This document shows positions 36,503 through 44,029 of a DNA stretch of 50,922 nt, piece by piece. This DNA is from a virus (Duplodnaviria > Caudoviricetes), in IMG/VR virus record IMGVR_UViG_3300032122_000001, positions 1-50,922 of that record; one strand, written 5' to 3'. The notes under the pieces were generated by a model. That model saw nothing but the letters and a program-made list of their open reading frames with translations, did not search any database and was not told the origin of the DNA. The number at the start of each line of letters is the position of its first letter. Position 1 is the first letter of the stretch. The position numbers were made by a program, and so were the translations under genes.

Positions 36503-36739
36503 CTATCCCTTCTTGGCTCCTGCTTCGAGCAGGACCCGTTCAACTTCGTCTGCCTCGATCAGGTAACGGCCACGTGGCGTCTTGTGTGCCCGCATACCTT
36601 CGCGGCCGTTGGTGACCCGGTGAACCTCTATCCAGTTCAACACGGTCGGATAGCTGATAGGTCGCACGTAGTGTGCGTAAAGTGTCCGGACTTCTCCCGG
36701 CGTATAGACGGGACGGTCAAGCAAGAAACCTTCACTCAT
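36503..36739 (-). CDS. MerR/excisionase-like HTH protein
   Basis: YTP.EV....IS..TV..W.......A.KTP.GRY.I....V. Confidence 0.75.
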   Translation of the reverse strand: MSEGFLLDRPVYTPGEVRTLYAHYVRPISYPTVLNWIEVHRVTNGREGMRAHKTPRGRYLIEADEVERVLLEAGAKKG

Positions 36740-37355
36740 TGTGACACTCCTGAGTAATCATGGACGGTTGCTTATCCATGATCCCATACCCGCCATATCC
36801 CGCGTCAACCAGCAACTGGCATCTGGTATCCAGGCGCATCAGGTTATAGAAACCGGCCTGGGCTCCGGGAGCCATTTCGGCGGTACGCTGACGCTTCACG
36901 AAAACCTCGACCGGCGTGGTGCCGCAGTGACGTTCACGTTCGATCATTTCTTCTAGGCCCTTGCCGATGCCTACAGCGCCTAGGCTGACGCGGCGGGCCG
37001 GACGCCAGGGTGCTTTGACTGAGGCTTCTTTGCGGAGATTGTCGGCGCAGTCTCCGTCCATCACGGTCAACCACCTGTGCGCGTTCGGGACTCCGACACC
37101 AGGCGTCTTGATCACCAAGATGCCGAAGTCGGCTTTGGCGTTTACCCGTTCCACTTCGGTTTCGCGTAGCCATGCTGCGGCCTGCCAAACCTTGGCGTCT
37201 TTGACTTCCCAGGCAAGGCCAGGCGTACCGGTGATGTCGCCGAGGTCGTTGGCTCCGGAGAGTGCTCGGCGTTCCGCATAGGGGAAACCGAGCCGCCACA
37301 GTGCTGCAACTGTGGCGGACTCGGCAGCCGTGCCCTTGGCGCGGCTTCTACTCAT
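36732..37355 (-). CDS. Holliday junction resolvase (Hjc-like PD-(D/E)xK)
   Basis: S.AKGT..E, ERR..G..D.GDI, EVK, W..E...E. Confidence 0.8.
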   Translation of the reverse strand: MSRSRAKGTAAESATVAALWRLGFPYAERRALSGANDLGDITGTPGLAWEVKDAKVWQAAAWLRETEVERVNAKADFGILVIKTPGVGVPNAHRWLTVMDGDCADNLRKEASVKAPWRPARRVSLGAVGIGKGLEEMIERERHCGTTPVEVFVKRQRTAEMAPGAQAGFYNLMRLDTRCQLLVDAGYGGYGIMDKQPSMITQECHNE

Positions 37356-37869
37356 TCGGGTTCATTTCCTTACATTCGTGGTCGTTCCACCAGTTTTCGG
37401 TACCGCACTGCGGGCACGTGTGGCCGCCGGTGGCAGCAAACTTCTCAAAGATCATCATGTTGTGTGGGCCGATGATAGCCGAAACAGCAGAAGCAACCAC
37501 ATCATCACACTCATACTTCGCCACCATATGTACAGTGTTATGCAGCAGGTACGAAGTCAAAATCGAAAGATCACGGGCATCCAGCTGCTCAAGGAAGTGA
37601 CGCAGATTATTGCCAGCTACAGCGCTAGCAGACATCTGATTCCGCTCATTGCACAAGGCAACAAGCGCCGCCCACCACAAGCCCTCGTCCCGGTTCTCGA
37701 CCATCTGCGCTGCCGTCTGATCAAGATGAGCCTGAACCGCAGGCTGGGCAAACTGGTCAGCCAGATACTTATCAAGCTTCTCGTGATCGAACTCTTCCCA
37801 ACTCGTCGCTTCCTGCTCCATCAGCTTCCTTTCTTCGGCTGCACGTACTTGAAACTGTTGCCACGCCAC
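37348..37869 (-). CDS. hypothetical protein with C-terminal Zn ribbon
   Basis: CPQC...H.C. Confidence 0.55.
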   Translation of the reverse strand: MAWQQFQVRAAEERKLMEQEATSWEEFDHEKLDKYLADQFAQPAVQAHLDQTAAQMVENRDEGLWWAALVALCNERNQMSASAVAGNNLRHFLEQLDARDLSILTSYLLHNTVHMVAKYECDDVVASAVSAIIGPHNMMIFEKFAATGGHTCPQCGTENWWNDHECKEMNPNE

Positions 37870-38204
37870 ATCTGATGCTCGTCCGGCCGATCCCTTTTGA
37901 ACCGTTCAACATCAAACGCAGGTTTCATGACCGTGTACATGGCGGCCACGATCGGGTTCGCGGCAGCGTATTTCGCGGCCGGGAACGTGGCGTCGGGCCG
38001 GAAGGTGACCTTCCGTACGCCGTCGATTTTCAGGCCGGTGGCTCCGGCTTCTTTCATCTTCTGCCGGAAGAAGCCTTCGGCCCGTTCGATTGCGGCGTCG
38101 AGGCGCTGCCGTTCGGCACGCATCGCCTCCAGGTAATGCCAGCTGTGGCCGTGTTCGCGAAGCTCAACGAACCCGTCATCGTCGACTTCAAACGTGTCAC
38201 TCAT
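37821..38204 (-). CDS. hypothetical protein
   Basis: 127 aa, GGAGG RBS. Confidence 0.6.
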   Translation of the reverse strand: MSDTFEVDDDGFVELREHGHSWHYLEAMRAERQRLDAAIERAEGFFRQKMKEAGATGLKIDGVRKVTFRPDATFPAAKYAAANPIVAAMYTVMKPAFDVERFKRDRPDEHQMWRGNSFKYVQPKKGS

Positions 38205-38454
38205 CCGTACCCTCCATCTCCATCCGGGTGTTGTCTGATGCTGGCCTATGTGCCGGGATACCCGTGGCAGGGTTGTCGATGAACTTGTCGATCTCTGACG
38301 CCAACTGGACGGGCATGACGAGGACCGGGATCAGCGTGATGACGCCGTTGCTGTCGACATCGACGATATGCATTTCGTGGTCGGTGAACTTCTTCAAGCT
38401 GATGCGGCCACGGCTGTCGGCGACGACGACCCGGGATTTCTTCGGTTCGGTCAC
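38197..38454 (-). CDS. AbrB/SpoVT-like DNA-binding protein
   Basis: V..DSRGRISL......G.I.L.P. Confidence 0.6.
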   Translation of the reverse strand: MTEPKKSRVVVADSRGRISLKKFTDHEMHIVDVDSNGVITLIPVLVMPVQLASEIDKFIDNPATGIPAHRPASDNTRMEMEGTDE

Positions 38455-38633
38455 TTCTCCACCTTCATAGAGTCGGGTTCTGCGCTATGCCAGCAGGTAG
38501 GGCATACCGATACTGGCGACACGCGCCAGAGGATGAACCAGCCACTGGCGGTTGCTTCTTGCGGGGTCTGCTGGGTGCTGGTTCCGCATAGGCAGACGAT
38601 CGGGGTCTGCCTGTTGCCGTCTACCATCGGCAT
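38451..38633 (-). CDS. small Zn-finger protein
   Basis: C.C...GW...CP.C. Confidence 0.5.
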   Translation of the reverse strand: MPMVDGNRQTPIVCLCGTSTQQTPQEATASGWFILWRVSPVSVCPTCWHSAEPDSMKVEK

Positions 38634-38794
38634 ACTCCTCGCATGCGTTCTTCCCGCGCACGACGTTCGGCGTCTTCCATGCGTTCGATGCGTCTTTCGA
38701 CTGACTGTAGGCGTTCTAGCAGGCGTTCACGTTCGATCTGCATAAGTTTCAGTAGATCTTGTAGTTCTTGTAGGCTCTGGCCGATTTCCATCAT
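38621..38794 (-). CDS. small coiled-coil protein
   Basis: MMEIGQSLQELQDLLKLMQIERERLER...; ATGA-coupled to the upstream gene. Confidence 0.5.
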   Translation of the reverse strand: MMEIGQSLQELQDLLKLMQIERERLLERLQSVERRIERMEDAERRAREERMRGVCRW

Positions 38795-39000
38795 GGGGTG
38801 CCTGCCGGGAAGACTGTGCGGATGCCGTCGATGTACCTGTAGTGGGGCTGGTTCTGGTTGTAGCGGTGTCGGCCGATGATCTTTCGGCGTTTGCCGTTGT
38901 AGAGGAACCGGTAGTACAGGTAGCCGCTGATGGCGGTCAGTGCGAGGATGAGGTAGTCGATGATGGCGCTGTGGATGATGCTGATCTTCCCGGTGTCCAT
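38791..39000 (-). CDS. small membrane protein
   Basis: one TM plus basic tail, GGGAG RBS. Confidence 0.55.
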   Translation of the reverse strand: MDTGKISIIHSAIIDYLILALTAISGYLYYRFLYNGKRRKIIGRHRYNQNQPHYRYIDGIRTVFPAGTP

Positions 39001-39027
39001 GATGCTCCCTCTTTGATGGGTGTTGCC

Positions 39028-39056
39028 ACCGTAGCTCGCGGAGGGTAACGTGTCAA
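39028..39056 (-). promoter_or_regulatory. leftward sigma70 promoter
   Basis: TTGACA-17-TACGGT on the minus strand. Confidence 0.7.
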
Positions 39057-39092
39057 CAGGAAGCCGCAGGTTCCCGCAGAAACTTTAAGAGT

Positions 39093-39121
39093 TTGACAGT
39101 GCGGCGAGAACGAGCTAACGT
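39093..39121 (+). promoter_or_regulatory. rightward sigma70 promoter of the tRNA cluster
   Basis: TTGACA-17-TAACGT. Confidence 0.7.
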
Positions 39122-39195
39122 AGATTGCGTCAGGGCACGAAGCGGCAAAAACAACCAGCCCCGCTAGCCACGGAAACCGCAGAGTGCCATGACAC

Positions 39196-39268
39196 CGGAT
39201 ACAGGGCTCAAGGAGGGCCGCCTGGTTTGGGACCAGGACACTGGTAGGTTCGATTCCTACGTATCCGA
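39196..39268 (+). tRNA. tRNA-Pro(UGG)
   Basis: cloverleaf; CCTGG-TT-TGG-GA-CCAGG. Confidence 0.9.
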
Positions 39269-39337
39269 CGATGGGGTCAACTCCCGACAAACTCGGAGTT
39301 GAGACAACTGAAGGCGAGGGCCTTCTACCTGTGACAT

Positions 39338-39411
39338 AGCGGGATGGTGCAGAGGTCAGCATACCGGGCTCATAACCCGAGTGGTCGAGGGTTCGAATCC
39401 CTCTCCCGCGT
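39338..39411 (+). tRNA. tRNA-fMet(CAU)
   Basis: 1:72 mismatch and three G-C pairs in the anticodon stem (initiator features). Confidence 0.85.
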
Positions 39412-39439
39412 CGAACGGTAGCGCGCTACAATATGAACC

Positions 39440-39835
39440 ATGGGTTTAACGGGGGCAGCGAAGCGCGAATACCAGCTTCAATGGATCAAGGCGCGACGAG
39501 AAAAGTGGATAGCGGAAAATGGGCCATGCCAAAACTGTGGACACGATGAGGATCTGCAAGTAGACCACGTCATCCCACGGGCAATTGGCGGCGGCATGCG
39601 ACCAGCGCTCATATGGTCAAGATCCGCCGAGATCAGAAACGGGGAGCTGGCAAAGTGTCAGGTACTCTGCAAACATTGTCACGATGCCAAAACAAAAGCA
39701 CAGATGATCACGAAGAAACATGGATCAACCATGTATCGCAATGGCTGTAAGTGCGAAGTTTGCCGCGAATCTCAGAGACTCAAAGCAAGGCGATTGCGAG
39801 CATTGGCAAAAAAAAGAACAGGCAAGCCTCCGTAG
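39440..39835 (+). CDS. HNH endonuclease
   Basis: CxxC...L.VDH.IP...GG...CQ.LCxxCH..K; C-terminal HG..Y..GC.C..C. Confidence 0.9.
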   Translation: MGLTGAAKREYQLQWIKARREKWIAENGPCQNCGHDEDLQVDHVIPRAIGGGMRPALIWSRSAEIRNGELAKCQVLCKHCHDAKTKAQMITKKHGSTMYRNGCKCEVCRESQRLKARRLRALAKKRTGKPP

Positions 39836-39898
39836 CTCAGTGGCTAGAGCAGCTGACTCTTACTCAGCGGGTCGAAGGTTCGATTCCTTCTGGGGGTA
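39826..39898 (+). tRNA. tRNA-Lys(CUU)
   Basis: GCTGA-CT-CTT-AC-TCAGC. Confidence 0.9.
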
Positions 39899-39936
39899 CG
39901 ATGCTTCGGGCATCAGTAGTTTGAAAACTTCAACAT

Positions 39937-40008
39937 GGGGGCGTAGCTCATCGGTAGAGCGGCCGTTTTGCATGCGGCTGGTAGTGGGTTCAATTCCTAC
40001 CGTCTCCA
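39937..40008 (+). tRNA. tRNA-Ala(UGC)
   Basis: GCCGT-TT-TGC-AT-GCGGC; G3-U70. Confidence 0.9.
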
Positions 40009-40120
40009 CGACCTTGGCGATTGCGGCCAACGGTTTAGAGCGGGTTCTGGCAAGAGATGTCCATGGCGTCCACCCGCTCGGAACCGAGCGGAGACGTCCG
40101 CAAGTGATCGCCAAGGGCAT

Positions 40121-40194
40121 GCCCCCGTAGCCTAATTGGCAGCGGCGTCTGACTTAGGATCAGAAGGTTGGGAGTTCGAATCTCTCCGGGGGTA
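40121..40194 (+). tRNA. tRNA-Leu(UAG), short variable arm
   Basis: TCTGA-CT-TAG-GA-TCAGA. Confidence 0.85.
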
Positions 40195-40262
40195 CGCATC
40201 ACGTCTCTATAGCTCTTTGCTATCGACAAATATCAAAGCGTGATCCACCTTCTGTGTCCTGA

Positions 40263-40334
40263 TCCCTCATAGCTCAACGGTTAGAGCACTCCGCTGATAA
40301 CGGAGAGAGCCAAGTTCAATTCTTGGTGAGGGGA
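40263..40334 (+). tRNA. tRNA-Ile(GAU)
   Basis: CTCCG-CT-GAT-AA-CGGAG. Confidence 0.9.
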
Positions 40335-40453
40335 CGGTGTCAGGAAAGGGTGGTTCCTTTCCGGTGAAGCGGTAGGGCCGCGACAACCAATCCTAGGGCG
40401 ACTGGTGTTCAGTCAGGGACGGTACCATCCCGGCGGCCAGTCGCCCGGCGCTA

Positions 40454-40525
40454 GCCGACATAGCTCAACGGGAGAGCGGCTGTCTTACAAACAGCAGGTT
40501 CTGGGTTCGATTCCTAGTGTCGGTA
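40454..40525 (+). tRNA. tRNA-Val(UAC)
   Basis: GCTGT-CT-TAC-AA-ACAGC. Confidence 0.9.
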
Positions 40526-40614
40526 CGGGGGAGCTACGGCTGTGAGGTGCCGTAGCCAGCTTGAGAGTGATCGCCTCAAGCTGAGATCCAACCTCCTTGG
40601 ACGTCCCGCACCAA

Positions 40615-40687
40615 GCCGCTATAGCTCAATGGTGAGAGCAGCTGTCTTATCAACAGTCTAGTCCGGGTTCGAATCCTGGTGGCGGCA
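40615..40687 (+). tRNA. tRNA-Ile(UAU)
   Basis: GCTGT-CT-TAT-CA-ACAGT. Confidence 0.85.
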
Positions 40688-40700
40688 CGTGGAAGCTAAG

Positions 40701-41039
40701 ATGAATGAGAAGATGGCGTTGACGCTGGTCTTTGGGGCGGCTGACGCGGCAATCGTAATGATCAAAGAAGAGCTGATGAAGATCAGCAAGCTGGCTGAGG
40801 AGAAAAAAGCCGCAGGAGTAGAAGTCGATGACATCTTCGAAGATGCCATCGAACCAGTCGCAGAGTATCTCCAGAACTGCGGCGAAGAAATCCTCTCACT
40901 GATCACCCTGAAAACCTTCTTCGCTTTGCTGGCCGCCGAGAAGCAGGTGGCAGCCCTGCGGGAAGAAAACGAGTCTCTACGTCTGGCCGCTTCCGAGGCG
41001 GAAGTGAAAGCAGAAACGAAGACTAAGAAGACCAAGTAG
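40701..41039 (+). CDS. hypothetical coiled-coil protein
   Basis: ORF fills the space between two tRNAs. Confidence 0.6.
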   Translation: MNEKMALTLVFGAADAAIVMIKEELMKISKLAEEKKAAGVEVDDIFEDAIEPVAEYLQNCGEEILSLITLKTFFALLAAEKQVAALREENESLRLAASEAEVKAETKTKKTK

Positions 41040-41045
41040 ATGTTG

Positions 41046-41119
41046 GCCCTCATAGGCAAATCGGTAAAGCCGCCATCTTCAAAAGCTGGTGTGTGTGCGT
41101 TCGAATCGCACTGAGGGTA
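41046..41119 (+). tRNA. tRNA-Leu(CAA), short variable arm
   Basis: CCATC-TT-CAA-AA-GCTGG (one mismatch). Confidence 0.8.
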
Positions 41120-41120
41120 C

Positions 41121-41375
41121 GTGACAGAAGACGAAGACATCGCTGGTTTGACGCCAGCAGACCTTGAGCCGTTATGTGACGGTACGCTCGACAAGTGTCG
41201 ACTGCCTTCTCGCTCCCCGCAGGAGCGAGCGGAGAGCAAGCAGCGTTTCATTGAAGGTTACGGGAAGGCTTGCGAAGCGCTAGAGGCAGCCTCCAGGGAG
41301 GCTTACATCCGTAACCATGAGACCGCTTTGGCATATGTGGCGATAGCCAAAGCGTGGAACCAGATTTCGTACTAA
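41121..41375 (+). CDS. hypothetical protein
   Basis: 84-aa ORF after a tRNA. Confidence 0.5.
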   Translation: MTEDEDIAGLTPADLEPLCDGTLDKCRLPSRSPQERAESKQRFIEGYGKACEALEAASREAYIRNHETALAYVAIAKAWNQISY

Positions 41376-41423
41376 CGACTGATGCTGGTCACGCAGTCCC
41401 GGCAGTAAAGTTGACTGCGTCAG

Positions 41424-41495
41424 GGAGCGTTAGCTCAGGGGTAGAGCATCCGCCTGTCGAGCGGAAGGCCACGGGTTCGAAACCCGTACGCTTCG
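41424..41495 (+). tRNA. tRNA-Asp(GUC)
   Basis: TCCGC-CT-GTC-GA-GCGGA; G73. Confidence 0.9.
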
Positions 41496-41521
41496 CGTCA
41501 CAATTCCATGGAGGGGAAGAC

Positions 41522-41650
41522 ATGGGAACTGCGCAGGAAAAGGCTCTGGCTGACCAGCTGATCGCCGAAGCTGACCGTAAGGCACGTGAGCGTGCAGAGG
41601 CAGCAGAACTAGCTGAGCGGGTACGTAAGGCTGAGAAGGAGTGGCGGTAG
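41522..41650 (+). CDS. small charged helical protein
   Basis: MGTAQEKALADQL..., GGAGG RBS. Confidence 0.5.
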   Translation: MGTAQEKALADQLIAEADRKARERAEAAELAERVRKAEKEWR

Positions 41651-41802
41651 TGGCTGAGGTAGATCGCCAGTCTGACCTTGACCGTGTCGCCCGGGAAGAA
41701 GCAGCCGTGAAGGCTGCTGAGGAACGTAGACAGGCCGCTGAGGCGTTGAAGGCTGCACAGCAGGCACGGGCACGGAAGATCCTCACCCAGAAACGCGATT
41801 AA
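41650..41802 (+). CDS. small charged helical protein
   Basis: GTG coupled to the previous stop; GGAG RBS. Confidence 0.5.
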   Translation: MAEVDRQSDLDRVAREEAAVKAAEERRQAAEALKAAQQARARKILTQKRD

Positions 41803-41809
41803 GCGCAAC

Positions 41810-41880
41810 GCCTTGTTAGCTCAACGGTAGAGCACCTGACTTCCAATCAGGGTACGCGGGTTCGATTCCCGTACGGGGCT
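41810..41880 (+). tRNA. tRNA-Gly(UCC)
   Basis: CCTGA-CT-TCC-AA-TCAGG; U73. Confidence 0.9.
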
Positions 41881-41946
41881 CGCATGAGGGGCCGTTCGCG
41901 GCGCGCAACAGCCGCAAGGCTGTGCTGACGGCCCCACCTTTTTCTC

Positions 41947-42017
41947 GCCTTATTGGTGCAACGGTAGCACGCCACCTTGCCATGGTGGAGACGTCGGTTC
42001 GATCCCGGCATGAGGCT
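41947..42017 (+). tRNA. tRNA-Gly(GCC)
   Basis: CCACC-TT-GCC-AT-GGTGG. Confidence 0.88.
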
Positions 42018-42038
42018 CAAGCGAACAATGTTCAGCTT

Positions 42039-42111
42039 GCCGTCATAGCTCATCAGGTAGAGCAGCTGTCTTGTAAACAGCAGGTGCGGGGTTCGAGTCC
42101 TCGTGGCGGCT
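42039..42111 (+). tRNA. tRNA-Thr(UGU)
   Basis: GCTGT-CT-TGT-AA-ACAGC. Confidence 0.9.
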
Positions 42112-42112
42112 C

Positions 42113-42292
42113 ATGGAAAAAGAGAAACCGTATCCGCAATTCACTAAAGAATTGATGGAACTGTTGAACAAGCATAGCCTCGATGCGGCCACGAGTACGC
42201 CGGATTTTCTGCTGGCCGAAATGCTTGTAGCATATTTGGAGGCGTACCGTAAGTTGCGTGTGTGGCAGATAGATTGGGAAAGCAAATTTTAG
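42113..42292 (+). CDS. small phage protein (59 aa)
   Basis: LLNKHS.D..TSTPDFLLAE.L motif. Confidence 0.55.
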   Translation: MEKEKPYPQFTKELMELLNKHSLDAATSTPDFLLAEMLVAYLEAYRKLRVWQIDWESKF

Positions 42293-42295
42293 GTA

Positions 42296-42517
42296 ATGGG
42301 AGTGATGCGGCCCATGGAGTATGAATGCGGATGTAAGATTTGCGCGCATCCTTGTGGCGAGTGTGGCGAGTTGTGCACGCAGGAGCATGACTTTGATGAC
42401 AGTAATTGTTTCTTCGATGAAGAAACAGATAGCCATTATGTTCGATGCCCTAATGGACATACTGTTTGGTTTAAGTCTATAGGACGCGGGAGTGATGCGG
42501 CTGGTGCCGCAGCCTGA
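42296..42517 (+). CDS. Cys-rich hypothetical protein overlapping tRNA-Tyr
   Basis: CxxC pairs, RCPNGH. Confidence 0.45.
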   Translation: MGVMRPMEYECGCKICAHPCGECGELCTQEHDFDDSNCFFDEETDSHYVRCPNGHTVWFKSIGRGSDAAGAAA

Positions 42518-42567
42518 CTGTAAATCAGGTGCCTTTGGCATGGGTGGTTCGATCCCATCCACTCCCA
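42488..42567 (+). tRNA. tRNA-Tyr(GUA)
   Basis: CCTGA-CT-GTA-AA-TCAGG, long variable arm. Confidence 0.88.
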
Positions 42568-42569
42568 CT

Positions 42570-42643
42570 GTGGCTATAGCTCAATGGTAGAGCGGCTGAT
42601 TGTGGCTCAGCATATCCCGGGTCAGTACCGGGTAGTCACCCCA
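42570..42643 (+). tRNA. tRNA-His(GUG)
   Basis: GCTGA-TT-GTG-GC-TCAGC; C73 plus encoded CCA; atypical T-loop. Confidence 0.85.
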
Positions 42644-42656
42644 ACGAGGGAGAGTA

Positions 42657-42824
42657 ATGACTGATCCACGGATTCCGATGCCGGGTGACTGTGCCCGGTG
42701 CGGGTACCCGAAGTTCATGCACGAAGACGACGAGCCGATGTCTGGGTGCGAGTTCTTGGCACCGGATGACACGTTGCGTAAGCAGCGTCTCCTTCTTCGC
42801 CGGGCGGTACGGGATAGTAACTAG
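42657..42824 (+). CDS. small Zn-binding protein
   Basis: CxxC...H...C, GGGAG RBS. Confidence 0.5.
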   Translation: MTDPRIPMPGDCARCGYPKFMHEDDEPMSGCEFLAPDDTLRKQRLLLRRAVRDSN

Positions 42825-42830
42825 GATTTC

Positions 42831-42913
42831 GGAAGGTAGCGATCATTGGTGATCAACTGGTCTTGAAAACCAGGCCATCGGAAACGATGAGGGTTCGAAT
42901 CCTTTACCTTCCT
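42831..42913 (+). tRNA. tRNA-Ser(UGA)
   Basis: CTGGT-CT-TGA-AA-ACCAG; variable arm CATCG-GAAA-CGATG. Confidence 0.9.
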
Positions 42914-42998
42914 CAACATGTGACGTGCGCACCCCCGGTGACGGGGGAGCTTAAAAAGCCGCATCCCGTCGCGCGGCACGCACAAAGCGGCGGGACTC

Positions 42999-43086
42999 GG
43001 AAGATTGCCAGAGCGGTAATGGGTCGGCTTGCTAAGCCGTAGCTGCGGCCATAGGTCGCACCGGGGTTCGATCCCCCGATCTTCCT
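42999..43086 (+). tRNA. tRNA-Ser(GCU)
   Basis: CGGC-TT-GCT-AA-GCCG; long variable arm. Confidence 0.9.
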
Positions 43087-43207
43087 CTTCGCGATCGGCG
43101 CAAGGAAGGGAAAGAGATGACCGAAAGCGTCTCCATCGACTGGTGAAAGGGGTGATGGTGTGAGGGTTCAGGGTCATCCTCCGTAGTTGGTCTACGGAAG
43201 GATTGTG

Positions 43208-43624
43208 ATGAGTCGTACGAATAAGGATATGCCGCATTGGGTGCGGGCCGAGGTGTGGAAACCGGACCACCGTTGCAGCGAGTACGGGTACCGTAGGCTG
43301 CGTTTCTGGCCAGACGGTTTCGGCGGTGGCGGCAGCGGGTGTGATCTTCCGGATTTTGAGCGGAAGGATACACGCTGGGTTCGTCTGCCTAAGCAGTGGC
43401 GTTTGTCTTCTCACTGCACGTGGCAGCCGGTGTGGGATCGTCGTAGCCGTGTTTCGGCACCACCGAAATGGTTTGTGGATCACGTTTGGAACAATGCTGA
43501 GCGTAGGCGTGAGCGTGACAGTCTGGGGAAGATGCGCCGGGATTACAACACTAACGGCATGATTGATGATCCTGATTTCGGTTGCTGGCAGACGCGTCAT
43601 TCCGCCCGATGGATGTGGAATTAG
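43208..43624 (+). CDS. basic Trp-rich hypothetical protein
   Basis: MSRTNKD.P.WV..., AAGGA RBS. Confidence 0.6.
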   Translation: MSRTNKDMPHWVRAEVWKPDHRCSEYGYRRLRFWPDGFGGGGSGCDLPDFERKDTRWVRLPKQWRLSSHCTWQPVWDRRSRVSAPPKWFVDHVWNNAERRRERDSLGKMRRDYNTNGMIDDPDFGCWQTRHSARWMWN

Positions 43625-43822
43625 GGGTCCCAGTGAAGTGCGTTAATGGGCACGTGTGGGAAGAGTGCACGTGTGCTAAAACATCAGAATTTCGACGGTT
43701 GCAGGATTCGCATACTCTGACTGTGACGTTTCGGGCGATTATGGCGGCTCTGGCAGTGGGCCTCACCGCCTATTGCGTGTATATTTACGTTACGATGAGG
43801 TGACGTTGAAGGGGGAGAGGTA

Positions 43823-44029
43823 GTGAGTCGAGGGAGTAAGCTGCCGCGCTGGATGCGACCGAAGTGTTCCGTGTGCGGCAAGACGTGGCGGGACTGCGGG
43901 CACGCGGGGTACGAGGACATCTACAGGCACAGGCTGTGGACCTTTATTGTGGGCGGCCTCTGGTCCCTGGTTAGCCTGGTCCTGATCGGTGTCTGCGTCG
44001 TGCTGCCGCTGATCAGCCTGTTTGGATGA
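43823..44029 (+). CDS. small membrane protein
   Basis: CxxC plus TM, RBS. Confidence 0.5.
   Translation: MSRGSKLPRWMRPKCSVCGKTWRDCGHAGYEDIYRHRLWTFIVGGLWSLVSLVLIGVCVVLPLISLFG

Noticed and set aside
36503-36739. Excisionase implying an integration module
   Set aside because: No integrase or attP recognised in the window; treated as a generic HTH protein.
40121-40194. Arg-like scaffold with a Leu anticodon (possible recoding)
   Set aside because: Short-variable-arm Leu tRNAs with similar acceptor and D arms are known in actinobacteria, and A73 fits Leu.
40396-40446. SRP 4.5S RNA
   Set aside because: Lacks the conserved CAGG...GNRA...AGCA domain IV motif.
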